The position numbers and the translations under genes were made by a program. 64,000 bases of DNA from Podarcis liolepis. Taxonomy: Eukaryota. The notes under the pieces were generated by a model. That model worked only from the letters and a program-made list of their open reading frames with translations. It was not told where the DNA came from and ran no database searches. Shown piece after piece: positions 36,951 through 48,759 of the stretch; the first letter of the stretch is position 1; the number at the start of each line of letters is the position of its first letter. The stretch lies in the NCBI GenBank assembly GCA_965112155.1, contig OZ218106.1; one strand, written 5' to 3'.

Positions 36951-37748
36951 GGAGCAGAAAGGACCAAGCCACAAAGCCCGTCCCCGTCTGATACTGGAGC
37001 AACTCAGGTCACGCTGAGCAGTGGCTGGCTCTGAAGGGTTTAAAAACAACTTTCTAGTCCTTAAGAACCCTGTGGATGGCGCAACCACCAGCTCTCCCAG
37101 CCTCCATTAATTTACCCCACCCTTTATGGCACCCACTGCAGACGGACCCCTCAGGCCCCCCGCTGCCGCCTTGCAGTGGCAAGAGACCCTCCTTAAGGAT
37201 TCCTGATTCACTGCAGCACCGGCTGGGAGCAGAAGGGGCTGCGGATTGGGCCCCGCTGGGCTTGTACCACATGATTCTGAGTTGGGGGGGGGGGGGAATA
37301 GCCAAAGGGACCACCTTGCTGCCAGTTCCCCCCAGAGGGATGGCCACTTGCCCCATGGCTTGGCCTCTTGGCCCCTTTTAAACCAGCTGGGCAAGGGGCT
37401 AACCACAGCCCGCAGCTGGCCTGGCCTTCGATGCCCATTTGCGCAGCACCGCGACAAAGGAGGATGACCCTCCACAAAATGTGGGCCTGGACAGGTCAAT
37501 AGCCAACGGGGAAAGGGGAAAAGGGAAAGTGCTGCCCCCCAAAGGGCCTTTCCTGCCAAGTCAGGGAGAGCCCCAGCTGACATCACACAACCACAGAGGA
37601 GCAAGACCCACCGAAGTGCCACCCGACACCCGCTGGGCCCCCTCCTTCTGTGGGGACAGAGGGCAGGATCAGTCCTCTCCGCGCTCAAGGCAAAGTCCGT
37701 CTTCCTGCCCAGACCCCCAAACGCAGCGGCCACAGCCCCCAACCGCCC

Positions 37749-40700
37749 CTACTCTGTGACTTCAGGGACAATGTTCATCAGCAGTGCCTCGTAGCCGCGC
37801 CGGACCAGCAGCGTGAGCGTCTTCTGGCTCCGCACCGCCTCGTAGATGTCCTCTGCCCGCCGGGACGCCTGGCCGTTGATCTCCATGACCACGTCCCCCG
37901 CCTTGAGCCCCGCCCTGCGGTGAGAGCAGAGTGTGGGGGTGAAGGCAGAGAGACAGGCCAGACTCCTTGCTCTGCCCTCCCGCCAGGGGGAACTGGGAAC
38001 CCAAAGCCTAGAATTCTAGGGTGGGGAGGGACCTCAGGGGTCATCTAGTTCAACCCCCATCAAGGCAGGTGGGCGTCACACTTACTGATGTGCCGGAGAG
38101 CCAATGATGACCTTGTGGATGAGGACCCCGTAGGAGACATCGGGGAAGGCAGGATCCCTTATCTTCAACTCAGACAGGATACTGGGGAGGGAGAGGGGGC
38201 CACAAGGTTAGGATTCCAGCAGGCTGGTGGGGAGGGAAGGCTCTGTGGAGACACCCAAGGGTGTGGGGCGCTGCTTTCCTGGGGCCAGCAGAGAAGACCC
38301 TCTGCCCCAGCAGCTTAGGGAGAACCAGGGCCCACTCTGGAAGCACCCAGCCCAAGGCGGGGAGACCTGCACTGCCGCCCCCCTTGGGCCTGGAAGGATC
38401 TGGCGCTGAGCACCTACCTGGGCGTCAAGGTCAGCATCATCACCCCAATGTAGCGCCTCTTGCCCTCTGTGCTGCCAAACCAGGAGTCTGGAGGGGGGGG
38501 GGGAGGAGAGGCTGTCATTGACCCTGGGGGGAAGGAGACTCTGGGGCCCCCTCCATGCTGGAAGCCCACCCAGCCTAAGAGAGACTCAAGGCTGCCAGGA
38601 GGAACATCCCTGGGTTGTGGGGGCTCAGGTAGCCCCACCCTATAGGGGCCAGTCCCACCTCTCTCCCCTGGCAGGTTCAGCACCCATAGAAGGGGGGCAG
38701 ATCCTCACCCTTGCGCTTCTCCTCCTGCTCCAGGAAGGCTCTCAGTCGGTCGGAGGGGATGGCGAAGGAGATCCCGGGGGTCACCTTCATGGTGTTCACC
38801 CCAATCACCTCGCCGTCCTAGGAGGCAGGGAGAGGAGCCCCAGGGCAGTCACTTCAGGTTGGCTTTCGGGGGGGTGGGGAGAAAAGCTGTGCTCCCACCC
38901 TCCTAACACTCCTAGCCATCCAGCAAAGATGAACACTGGGCGATTCGGGACTGATAGAAGGAAGTCCCTTTTTACGCAATGCATAGTTAAACACTGGAAC
39001 TCCCTCCCACAGGAGACGGGGTGGCCGCCAGCCTAAATGGCTTTAAAGGAGAATGAGACTGCGTGGAGGAGGAGGCTGGCCGGGCTCTGCCCCCCCCCCC
39101 GAGACAGCCCTGCTTCTGAATGCCAGTTGCTGGCTCCTGGGCCCAGATCCTGCTTGCAGGTATCCCTTGGTGGCGTCTGGTCAGCCACTGTGAGAACAGG
39201 ATGTGGGACCAAATCCCCGCCCCCCCCCCGGCCTGATCCAGCAGCAGCAGGCTCTTAGGAGCCAAGCCCCCTGTGGCACCTGGGAAATGAAGGGCCTGTT
39301 CCCCGGCCAGTCAACGAGCAAAGACCCCCACCCTGTGCAAGCAGAAGCCCCCATTCCCCCCAGGAAATATGCAGAGGACGGGGGTCTTACCAAGTTGAGG
39401 AGGGGTCCCCCGGAGTTTCCAAACTGCAGAGCAGAAAACCAGAGAGGAAATCACTTGGAGTGACCCAGAGCTGCCCCGGTCCCTTTGGGCGCCCCCCCCC
39501 CTCACCACAAGGGACAGGGGGAGGCCCAGGAATCACCCAGGCCCCTCCCGCATGGCAGAGGCAGCACCTGCGCCACTCAGGGGACAGGCCAACAAAAAGC
39601 CCCCCCCCCACGTTGCCCCCCTCCCGGCTCTCCTGCCCAGCAGGCCTTACGTCAATGGCTGCGTCCGTCTGGATGTACTCCATGTCCGAAGCTGCCAAGC
39701 CCAGCTCCCGGCCCCCTCGCTGGGCAGAGCTGACGATGCCCGAGGTGATGGTGTTCTGCAGGGCAAAGGGGCTGCCCATGGCCACCACAAACTCCCCCTG
39801 GCGTACATCAGAGGAGCGGCCCAGGGGCAGCGTGGGCAGCGGGCGCTGGGGGGGGAGGAGGAGGAAAGAGACAGGTGTCAGTACCAGGACACAGCATGGG
39901 AGGACCCCCCCCCCAATCTGAGCTCTCCTTCCGGCCTCATCTGGACTCCTCTCTCACGGGTGAGGGGCAGAAGCCTGGCCCCACTTCTGGGGGTCAGGAA
40001 ATGATCAGAAGACTGGCGTCAGCCCAGCTTGGGAGGGGGGAGGAGTTGGTGTTGGGCAGCTGAGATGGCCGCTTGAGGCTGGTTGCCCGGCATGCCCCCA
40101 CCCAACCAGGAGCTGCTCTTGGCTTCTGGCCCACCAATCTCAACTTTCCAACAGGGTCTAGGATGATGCCACCGCTGCCCCCTCCCTGCCCAGCTCACAG
40201 AGCCAAGGGGCACTGCTGCAAATCACCCGCTGCCCCAGGGCACTCACCTTGGCATTGATCTTGATGGTGGCGATGTCGGCCACCTGGTCCACCTGCCTCA
40301 CTACGGCGTCATAGAGCTCCCCGCTGGCCAGGCGCACCCGCACCCGCTTCCGGTTGGCCACCACGTGGGCGTTGGTGACTATCAGCCCATCCGCAGACAC
40401 CACGAAGCCGGAGCCGTTGGAGATGGGCACCTCCCGGCCGGAAAATGGGTGCCTGTGGGAAGCAGGAGGGTCTGAGGGACATGGGGACCAGGCAAGGGAG
40501 ACACACAGCCAGGCACAGGTCAAGGACTCCAGCAGGGCCAGGATCAGTTCTCACAGTGGCCAACCAGGTGCCCCCATGGGAAAATGTAAACAGGACAGGG
40601 CCTTCTGGGTGGTGGCTGCTGCCAGACCACTTGGAACGCCTTCCCTAGAGAAGCCGGACTGGCTGCCTGCTTGCTGTCCCTCTACTTTTGGAAATGCACT

Positions 40701-41731
40701 GCTTTGAGTGGAAAAGCTGGTGTGGTGGTGTTTCTACGGTTGGGATCTTCCTTCTCTCCTCCTTCTTGCATCCGGCAGTGGCCACATCACACTGGTCCTG
40801 AGAGATCTGCATTGGCTCTCAGCACGTTCAAAGTGTTGCTGCTGACCTTGAAAGCCCTAAACGGCCCAGTATACCTGAAGGAGCGTCTCCACCCCCATCA
40901 TTCTGCCCGGACACTGAAGTCCAGCACCGGGGGCCTTCTGGCGGTTCCCTCATTGTGAGTAGACAGAGGGCCTTCTCTGTGGTGGCGCCCGCCCTGTGGA
41001 GCACCCTCCCTTCAGATGTGAAGGAAATAAGCAGCTATCCTATCTAAAGGCAGCCCTGTTTAGGGAAGCTTTTAGTATGTAATGCTGTATTGTTTTTAAC
41101 ACTCGATTGGAAGCCGCCCAGAGTGGCTGGGGAAACTCAGCCAGATGGGCGGGGGAGAAATAATAAATCATCATCATCATCACCATCTTCATTCTACCCC
41201 TTTCCCCCGCTTCTCCACTCTTGCTTCCTCGCCCCGATGCTTGGCGCGCTGCCCATGGGAGCCGTCAGCCGCCCGGGCCGGAGTCTCTGCCGGGGGAAAG
41301 GCGACCCCCCCGTTCCCGCCGGCTGCCCGGGCGCCCCGTACCTGCCCAGGATCTCGATGTAGACCAGCGCCGGCGCCGTCCGCTCCACCACGTCGGCGAT
41401 GAAGTTGTAGGTGGCGCGCGGGGAGCCCGGCGGGGGCGGCGAGGGCGAGGAGGGCGAGGGGGGCGGCGAGGGCACGGCGGCCAGCAGCCGAGGGAGGCCC
41501 GGCCAGAGGGAGGCCCGCCCCGCCCCGCCGCCCTCGCCCTCGCCCCGGCCCCGCAGCAGCCACCAGCCCCCCAGCAGCGCCCCCGCCCCCGCCGCCCCTG
41601 CCCAGCGCCACCTCCGAGGAGAAGGAGGGCGCCGCCTCTGCCCGCCGCCGCCGCCGCCCGGCCCCGCCGCCGCCCAGGCGCCCCGGACCCCGCTCCGCAG
41701 CCCCGCCGCCGCCCAGCGCCGCGCCCCCCGA

Positions 41732-41764
<33 letters not shown>

Positions 41765-41766
41765 AT
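37749..41766 (-). CDS. HTRA2: Mitochondrial serine protease HTRA2/Omi, 8 exons, ~432 aa
   Basis: Exons 41766-41342, 40452-40248, 39845-39651, 39423-39391, 38817-38709, 38487-38418, 38181-38086, 37914-37749. IAP-binding AVPS (41478-41467), trimer motif YNFIADVVE, catalytic TNAHVV / DIATIKI / [21 protein letters not shown]. Confidence 0.97.
40790..41185 (+). mobile_element. L2-like LINE 3' end
   Basis: Translates to [27 protein letters not shown]; GCCTTCTCTGTGGTGGCGCCC..GTGGA block; short-repeat (CAT)n tail. A related fragment lies at ~43045-43320. Confidence 0.65.
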
Positions 41767-42620
41767 GCTGCTGGGCCGCCTCGCGGGGCACGCCGGGAAA
41801 CGGAGTCCGGGCGAGCGGGCGGGCGTCGGCGGAAGGGGCGGGGCGTCGGCGTCGGGCGCGGTGACGCACTTCCCCCCGGAGCGGGCGCGACCAAGATGGC
41901 AGCGGCGGCCCGTCAGGCCTCGGCCTTGTCCCGCTGAGCGGCGCCTCCGGACCGCGGGCAGCATGGACGCCTCCGCCGCCTCCGCCGCCCCCGTGGCGCC
42001 CGACCGGCTCTTCGACGCGCACCGGTGAGGGAGGGGGCCCTCCGGGGCGGGGGGCGGGGCGGGGGGGTGCCGGGCCTCCCTGCCTCCCTCTTCCCGGCTC
42101 ACCGGCCTCCTCCTCCTCCTTCTCCCCCCCTCCCCTTCCCTTGCAGGCTCCCCGGCGGCGAGGGCCCTCGCGTGCTGCTCTCGCTGCTGCTCTACGCGCC
42201 GGTGGGGCTGGCGCTGCTGCTGCTGCGCCTCTTCCTGGGGCTGCACGTCTTCCTGGTCAGCTGCGCGCTCCCGGACAGCGCCCCGCGCCGCTTCATCGTG
42301 CGCGTGATGTGCTCGGTGCTGGGCGTGCTCGTGCGCCAGGGAGACCCCCGCCAGCCCAGCCTCCGCGCCCGCGTCTTCGTCGCCAACCACGTCACCCACT
42401 TCGACCACAACGTCCTCAACCTGCTCACCTCCTGCAACGCGGTGAGCCGGGCGGGCCGGGGGGCGGAGGAGGGGGGGCGGCGGGCCGGGGAGCAGCGCCG
42501 GGGGCCGGAGGAGGCACAGCACGCTCCTGGAGCCCGAGGAAGGTGCAGAGGCATCGGTCCGGCCTGCTCAGCCGCCTCCGGGCCTCGCGCAATTCCTCCC
42601 CTTGCTCCAGAGAGAGGCAG
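41200..42620. promoter_or_regulatory. CpG-island bidirectional promoter for HTRA2/AUP1
   Basis: Divergent start codons only ~200 bp apart (41766 on -, 41963 on +). GC box GGGGCGGGG, CRE half-site GTGACG (41861), ETS-like CGGAA and YY1-like CAAGATGGC (41892-41900). Confidence 0.85.
41736..41763 (-). repeat. (GCG)n tract encoding the N-terminal polyalanine of HTRA2
   Basis: CGC/GCC repeat directly after the HTRA2 ATG ([10 protein letters not shown]). Confidence 0.85.
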
Positions 42621-45600
42621 GTCTTGTTAGCGCAGCCTTTGGCAAGGTAGGAAGCACCCGCTGGATCAGCCCCCCCCCCGTGTTCTCCCGGGCACCCACC
42701 AGGTGCCCAAAGCAGGATTTCGGCACCAGAGCCCTGGCCCCTCCTCTGGTTTCTGCCATCCAGAAGTGTTCTTGCATCTGATTGTGAAAGCAGAGCAGAG
42801 CCCTTGTGGTTGGCACAGTGCAGTTCTCTCCTTCTCTTTAAAAACCATCCGGGTTGGTAGCCAGCCCTGGCTCCTGCAGGAGGGAGTTCCATAGTTTAAC
42901 TATGCACTGCATGAAGAACAACTTTATTTTATTCATCCTGATTTTTCCAACTCTCAGCCTTGAATGTGCACCTTTGGGAGTTCACCTTAACGTAATAATC
43001 ACTGCCATTTGTGCGTGTGTGTGATTGTGCGTGTGTTCATGTACACAAGAACAGGCCTTTTCTGTGGTGGCTCCCCATTTGTGAAATGCTCTCTCTAGGG
43101 GTGTTCTGCTGGAACCTTCATTATACACCTTTAGGCGCCAGGTGAAAATGTTCCTCTTCAACCGGGTCTTGGGCTGACTGACCTTTTAAATGTTGTGGAA
43201 TGGGGGGTTATTGGGTTGTCTTTGTTTATGTTTTTATTGTGTGTTTTGTGATTTTTATGTTGTGAACTGCTACAGATATAGGGCAGAATGAAATTTTAAG
43301 AAATAATAATAAATAGTAATGGATACAGTTTCATGCAGCACATCATTTAAACAATGGATTCAGCTCCCACAAGAGTTTGTGCTGGCCACCACCTTGGATG
43401 GCTTTAAAAGTGGATGAGACAACTTCACAGCAGAGGAGCGGGCTCTAGCCCTGATGGCTGCCCCCTGCCTCTGGGGCAGAAGGCAGCACATGCCCTTGAA
43501 TGCTCATGTCCTTGTGGTCCCTGGGGGCTGGCTTCCCCAGGGCTGCAGGTCCCAATCCCCACCAGTGGAGAGCCAGGCAGGCCCTGACGGATTCTCTTCC
43601 CAACAGCCCGTGCTGAACGGCACCTCCGGCTTCATCTGCTGGTCCCGGGGCTTCCTGGAGGTGGGGGGTGCGGAGAGCCGAGCCGAGCTGCTGGAGTCCC
43701 TGAAGGCCTACTCCTCCCAGGGGGGCAACCCGCCCCTGCTGCTCTTCCCCGAGGAGACGACCACCAACGGCCGCGTGGGTCTCCTGCGCTTCAGGTGGGC
43801 AGAGCCTCTGGCCTGGCGCCAGGCACCAGAGAAGATCCCCCGGGATCAGGCCAAGGGCCATCCAGCCCGCAATCTGGTTCTGATTTTGGCTGACCAAGTG
43901 TCTCAGGGGGAAGCCAGCAAACAGCGGGGTGGGGGGAGTCTCCTGCTGAGCGTTGCCCCACTGACTGCACCCTTCCCTCTCCAGCTCATGGCCCTTCTCC
44001 ATCTTGGACAGCGTCCAGCCAGTGGCTCTGCAAGTCCAGAGGCCTTTTGTCGCTGTGGTGAGTGGGGGGGGGGCTGTCTATTTGCTGCTGTAAAGCAGAG
44101 CCCAAAGGAACACCCCCCCAGCAATGGGTGTTTGTGATGGGTGCTTCCTCCCCCATCCCAAGGGCCAGGGCTTGCACTTGCAGCAGCCCCCACCCCTCTT
44201 GGCGTTTTACTCTTTTCTTTCTCCCCCCCCCCCAAGAGTGTGGCTGACGCCTCCTGGGTGACGGAGCTGCTCTGGACGTTCTTTGTGCCCTTCACTGTTT
44301 ATCAAGTAAGGTACTAACAGTCTCTGCTACTTCCTTGCATGGGGGAGGAGGGGGGGGCCTGGACGGAAGGAGAGGAGAGGGGCTCTCAGAGCGGAAGGGA
44401 AGGCAGCCTCTGCTCTTGAGCCCCTCTCTCTGCCAAAGGGGGGAAGTTTGGTCCCTGTTTTGGGGAAGGGGGAGGCAGGTCACCTGGGTAGCCCAGGGCT
44501 TGTCCTCCCCTCTTCCCTTCCTTCCTCCCCAGGTGGCTTCCGCCCATCGGCAGACGAGTTGAAGAAACCCGCGAGGAGTTTGCGCTGCGGGTTCAGGAGG
44601 TAGGAGCAGAGGGCTTGGGGGGGGCGGCATGAAAGACTGACTGGCACGGCCGTGGTCTTGCATGTCCCTCAGTGGTGGGGGGGGGTGTGATGCCCGTGTG
44701 AGACGCTGCCTCTGTCCGCTCAGGCTGTGTCAGAGCCTGGACTGGGGAGCTTCCCAGCTGAGCCCCGGCCTGCGTCTCTCCTCCCTGCAGCTCCTGGCCC
44801 TGGAGCTGGGTGTGGTGTCGACTCGACTCACTGCTGCTGACAAAGCCGAGCACCTGAAGCGATTGCGTCACAGCCCCTCAGCCCCCTACAGCCCCCCAGG
44901 TGAGTGGGGCGGAAGCAGTTCGTCTCCCCTGCCTCCATAGGTCTGCTTGCTGGCAGAGCTCCAAGCCCTGGCTGGCTCCTGCCTGGGCTCTGCCTGCTCC
45001 CAGCTCTCTCCTGGGGGGTGGCGAGGGTCTTGCCCACTCTGCTTAGCAGTGGCTGGCAGGAAGGCAGGGAGGATCCAGGCCACCATGGGGGCTGTGTTCC
45101 CCCCCCCCAGGCCTCTGTGCCTGAGCCGCCCCCTTTCCCCTTGCCTTCCTTTCAGCTCCAAGCCAGCCTTCGGGGTCCCACGACCGAGCTTTCCCCAGTG
45201 TCGCCTCTGCAGAGGATGTCCGCTGGAGTGGCATGGCTCAGCGTGTCAAAGAAGTCCTGCCCCACGTGCCCCTGGCAGTCATCCGCAAGGATCTAGGTGC
45301 GTGGTGGGGGGGGGAGAGAGACTCCCGGGCGGGGGGAGCATTTGGGTAAGAGCTTGAGGGCGGATTCTCATACCCAGGAGGGTTGGGGAGGGCAGTAGAA
45401 ACACAGAATTGCAGCCCTAGGGCAGCCCCCTGCAGTGCAGGCCTTCCAACTGAAGCGCTCCTGAGAGAGGATCAGCCAGCCTGTGGTCAGTGATCTGGTC
45501 TCCTCCTCTCTCTCTTCCAGCTCGGACGAACTGTGTGGATGCGACCATTGCCAATCTCCTGGAGGGGCGGGTTCCCTTCATCCCCAGTGAGGCGGAGGCA

Positions 45601-46086
45601 GAGGATTCCTCGGCTGCCCCGTCCATCTCTGGCGCTCACTACCTCGCCTCTGCTCCCCTGACCCCGGTATCCAACACCCCCCACCCCAAGGAGGAGGGAG
45701 GGAACAGGCGCTGGGGGGCCATGTGGGGGGCTGAAGAGGTGCTGGGGCTTCTCAGGGCTTAGCTCCTGCCCCCTTCCTCCTCCCTCTCTCTGCAGGCCCC
45801 CATGAAGCTCTTTGCCCGGTCCCCAGAGGCAAGGCACATGTCCCTCCAGGAGCGGAAGCGGCTGCTGTACGACTACGCCAGGAGGTGAGGCCGGGACCCT
45901 TTACCTGTTGCAGAGGGAGCAAGGGGTGGACCCCCCCAGCAGTCTCTCTCTGACCCCCCCCCCAGCCCACCCACGCTTGCTCTGGCTGAGCAGCTCTGTG
46001 CCGCCATGTGCTGACGAGGCTCCTCTTGCCTTCGCAGGAGATTCATGGAGAAGCATGGGATGGCGCCAAAGGAGGGGAGCCACTGA
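41963..46086 (+). CDS. AUP1: Lipid droplet / ERAD factor AUP1 (hairpin TM, acyltransferase-like, CUE, G2BR), 11 coding exons, ~430 aa
   Basis: Exons 41963-42024, 42147-42441, 43607-43794, 43985-44057, 44237-44310, 44533-44599, 44791-44899, 45156-45296, 45521-45666, 45796-45884, 46038-46086. Motifs [25 protein letters not shown] (HX4D), [38 protein letters not shown]2[19 protein letters not shown]. Confidence 0.96.
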
Positions 46087-46378
46087 CCGGCTGGTGTTTT
46101 CTTGAGGACTGCTGGCTTGATCAACTCTGGATCTTTGCGGAGGGTGCTGCAGACACTGCCACCCCGCTGGAGCCACGTGGGGTTGGCAGTGTGTCCGTGG
46201 CTGCCCTTGAGTGGTGTGTGCCCATCCCGCCTGACGTTTCCGCAGGGCAAGAGGGAGGCTCCCAGCCCCCACCCTGCCCGCTGCAAGGCCCGGACTCCAC
46301 ATCGCCCTGCCCCACAGCCGGGGCCACCGACGGCCTGCCTCAGAGTGTGGGTGGGAGGGGGCAAGCTTTCACTATCAA

Positions 46379-46384
46379 AATAAA
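46379..46384 (+). terminator. AUP1 poly(A) signal AATAAA
   Basis: AATAAA ~290 nt after the stop. Confidence 0.65.
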
Positions 46385-48675
46385 CGTTACTCTAATTCTC
46401 ATCCTCTCGGACGCGCCTTCCTTCGCTGCTGTGGACTCTGCTTGAGAGGCAGCAGAAGCCCCGCCAAGGGAGACACAACGGGTCCTTGTTCCGCCACCGC
46501 AGCTGCTGCTAGGACGGGCTGGGGGTGGGGCAGGCTGCCTTCCCTCTGGCTCTCCCCTCTGTGCCCTGGCTCCGGAGGGGGTGGCCCCTGAGTCACTCAG
46601 CTGGCGGGCTGAGCTGTCTCCTGCCTCCAGCCAGGTCCTCCTGTCCTGACCCAGCCTGAGCCACACGAAGCTCCACCCCAAGTGCTTTGGAGTGGCTGGT
46701 TTTTGTGTCCTCATCGTCTTGCGTCTCTAATTTCTGTTTCTGTGTGGTGAGAGTCTGCTTTAGCTTTGCGCGCTTTACAGTGGAGGGGCTGCTGGATAGT
46801 GGGGTTGGGGGTGATAGTAGTGTTGGGGGTGATTCTTGCATTGTGAGGGGTGGACTAGATGACTCATGGGCTCCCTTCCCATGCCTGGCGGCCTTTCATA
46901 GCTGCTCTTCGCTTAGCCGGATGGCGGCTTCTTTCCTTTGGTCTCCTTGGGGCGGCAGTCTTGCCGCAAAATTCAGGCACAGCCAGAATGCAGAGCAGGT
47001 GCCCCAAAGGGGACGCCTTTGGATCCTGGAGGAGGGTTGTGGGGCCGCCCTTCTGCTCCCCCCAGAAAAGAAAGCCCAGCCACTGCGTGCTGTTTTCCTT
47101 GAGAGGGGGACCCATTACAGGCAACCTGAGCCTTGAAAATCACATAGGAGTTGAAAGTGGGCGGTTGTCACTCTGTCCAATTGGCTGCCTGTGCTTTGGA
47201 CAAAGGGAACCATCCTGACCACCTGGGGAGGTGGCAGTTCCTGGGGGGGGGGGTCTTAGGCGACCCTGAGGAGGCAAGGGGGCTGCTCCCCACACCTGCC
47301 AGAAACCAGTGGCTGCGAGTGTGGCAGGAGGAACTGCATCCTTGCTGCCTGTATTCTGGGCATCCTTTCGATGAGCGCTTCCTGCATGGGGGGGGGGCGC
47401 TAGACTAGATGTCCCTTGTGGGGGGTCCCCTTCCAGGTCTCTGAATCAGTGGGGCAGCCTAAATTGTTCAGTCGTGAGCAGATGATGCTGCGAGGAGGAG
47501 AGGGGCGAGGAAGGCTGCCCGGGAGACGGGGGCGCGCGGCGCGCTCCGGAGGATGCCGGGCGGGGGCGGGCAGCTGCTCCCTTCTGCTCGGCTGGCGGGG
47601 TCGGCCCAGGTCAGCCTCCTCCTCCCGGGCGGGAGATGCGTGCAGCTCGGCATGTCTGGCTGCGCCCCTCCCGGGCGCGCATTCATTCATGGAGCACGTA
47701 GCCGGCTACTCTTAAAGGGGCGACAGGAGGCGGCGGCCCGGAGTTGCCTCCCTGGCTCCCTCCTTCCGTGGCTCGTGGAAATACCGGCGGGCAGCAGCGC
47801 GAGGCCGAAAGAAACAGCCGGACTAGGACTTCTCTTGATGCAGCCCGGAATAGCATTCGCCCTTTTGGCTGCTGCATCACACCGTGGACTCGCGTGAAGC
47901 TTGTGGTCCGGCCAGACCCCGAGATCCTTTTCACATGCCTGCTAGTAAGCCCGGCGTCCCCCGCCTCGGGGCCGGATTGCGGTTGGATGAGACCCTCAGC
48001 TCCTTCCCTTTATGTGCCCAGCTGTCCGTTGTCAACAACAAATTGTCGTTGTTTTTTGTGTTGAATGCAGTATATGCTGCATGGTAACTTGGGGGGGCCC
48101 AAGAGAGCGGGACCCTAAGCTAGAGCTTCTTTAGCTTATACTTAAATCCGGCGCTGCCCGCCCTATCTTTGTGCGCCTGGTTCTTCCTGCCTAAGCGCAG
48201 AACCTGGCATTTGTCCCTAATGAAATTCATTTTCTTAGCTTGTGCGCAGTTCTCCAATCTGTTCCGGTCATTTTGAATTCTGATTCTGACTCGACGGTGT
48301 GATGTTCAGGAAGCCTTCCCCTCAGAGCCCTAGAATTGCAGAGATGGAAGCACCCAGGGGTCATCTAGTCCAACCCCTGCCAAAGCATCCCTCCTACGAG
48401 GGAGAGACTCCGCTGCTCTTCCTGTCGAAAGACAGAATTTCGTTCCTCAGCCTTTGGATCCAATGGTTCGGGACGGGTTCTCCCTTCCGGAGCAGCTGGA
48501 AATGAGCCGGCTCGGTCTTCCTGGGGCAGCAGCAGCCCGTCCGATATTGGCCTACGGAGCGGCGCCCCTTCCCCTGTCCCTTGCCGGTTGGGGTCCCCAC
48601 CCCTCCCCGGAGCAGGCTGGCGTCGCCCTTTTAAGGTGCCCGGCGCTTCTGTTTACAGAAGGGAGCCGGCTGGGC

Positions 48676-48684
48676 GTCACGTGG
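48676..48684 (+). promoter_or_regulatory. GTCACGTGG E-box / HRE / CLEAR-like element upstream of the BNIP3-like ATG
   Basis: CACGTG at 48678-48683, ~80 nt upstream of the ATG, inside a CpG island. Confidence 0.5.
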
Positions 48685-48759
48685 CCTCCAGCTGGCCGGC
48701 TGGCTAATGGGACGGGCACCTGCCTGGCAGCACCGGGAGGGAGCCCAGGCAGCGGAGCG

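Noticed and set aside
46400-48600. DQX1 expected downstream of AUP1 by human synteny
   Set aside because: No DEAH/DEAQ helicase motifs seen in any frame.
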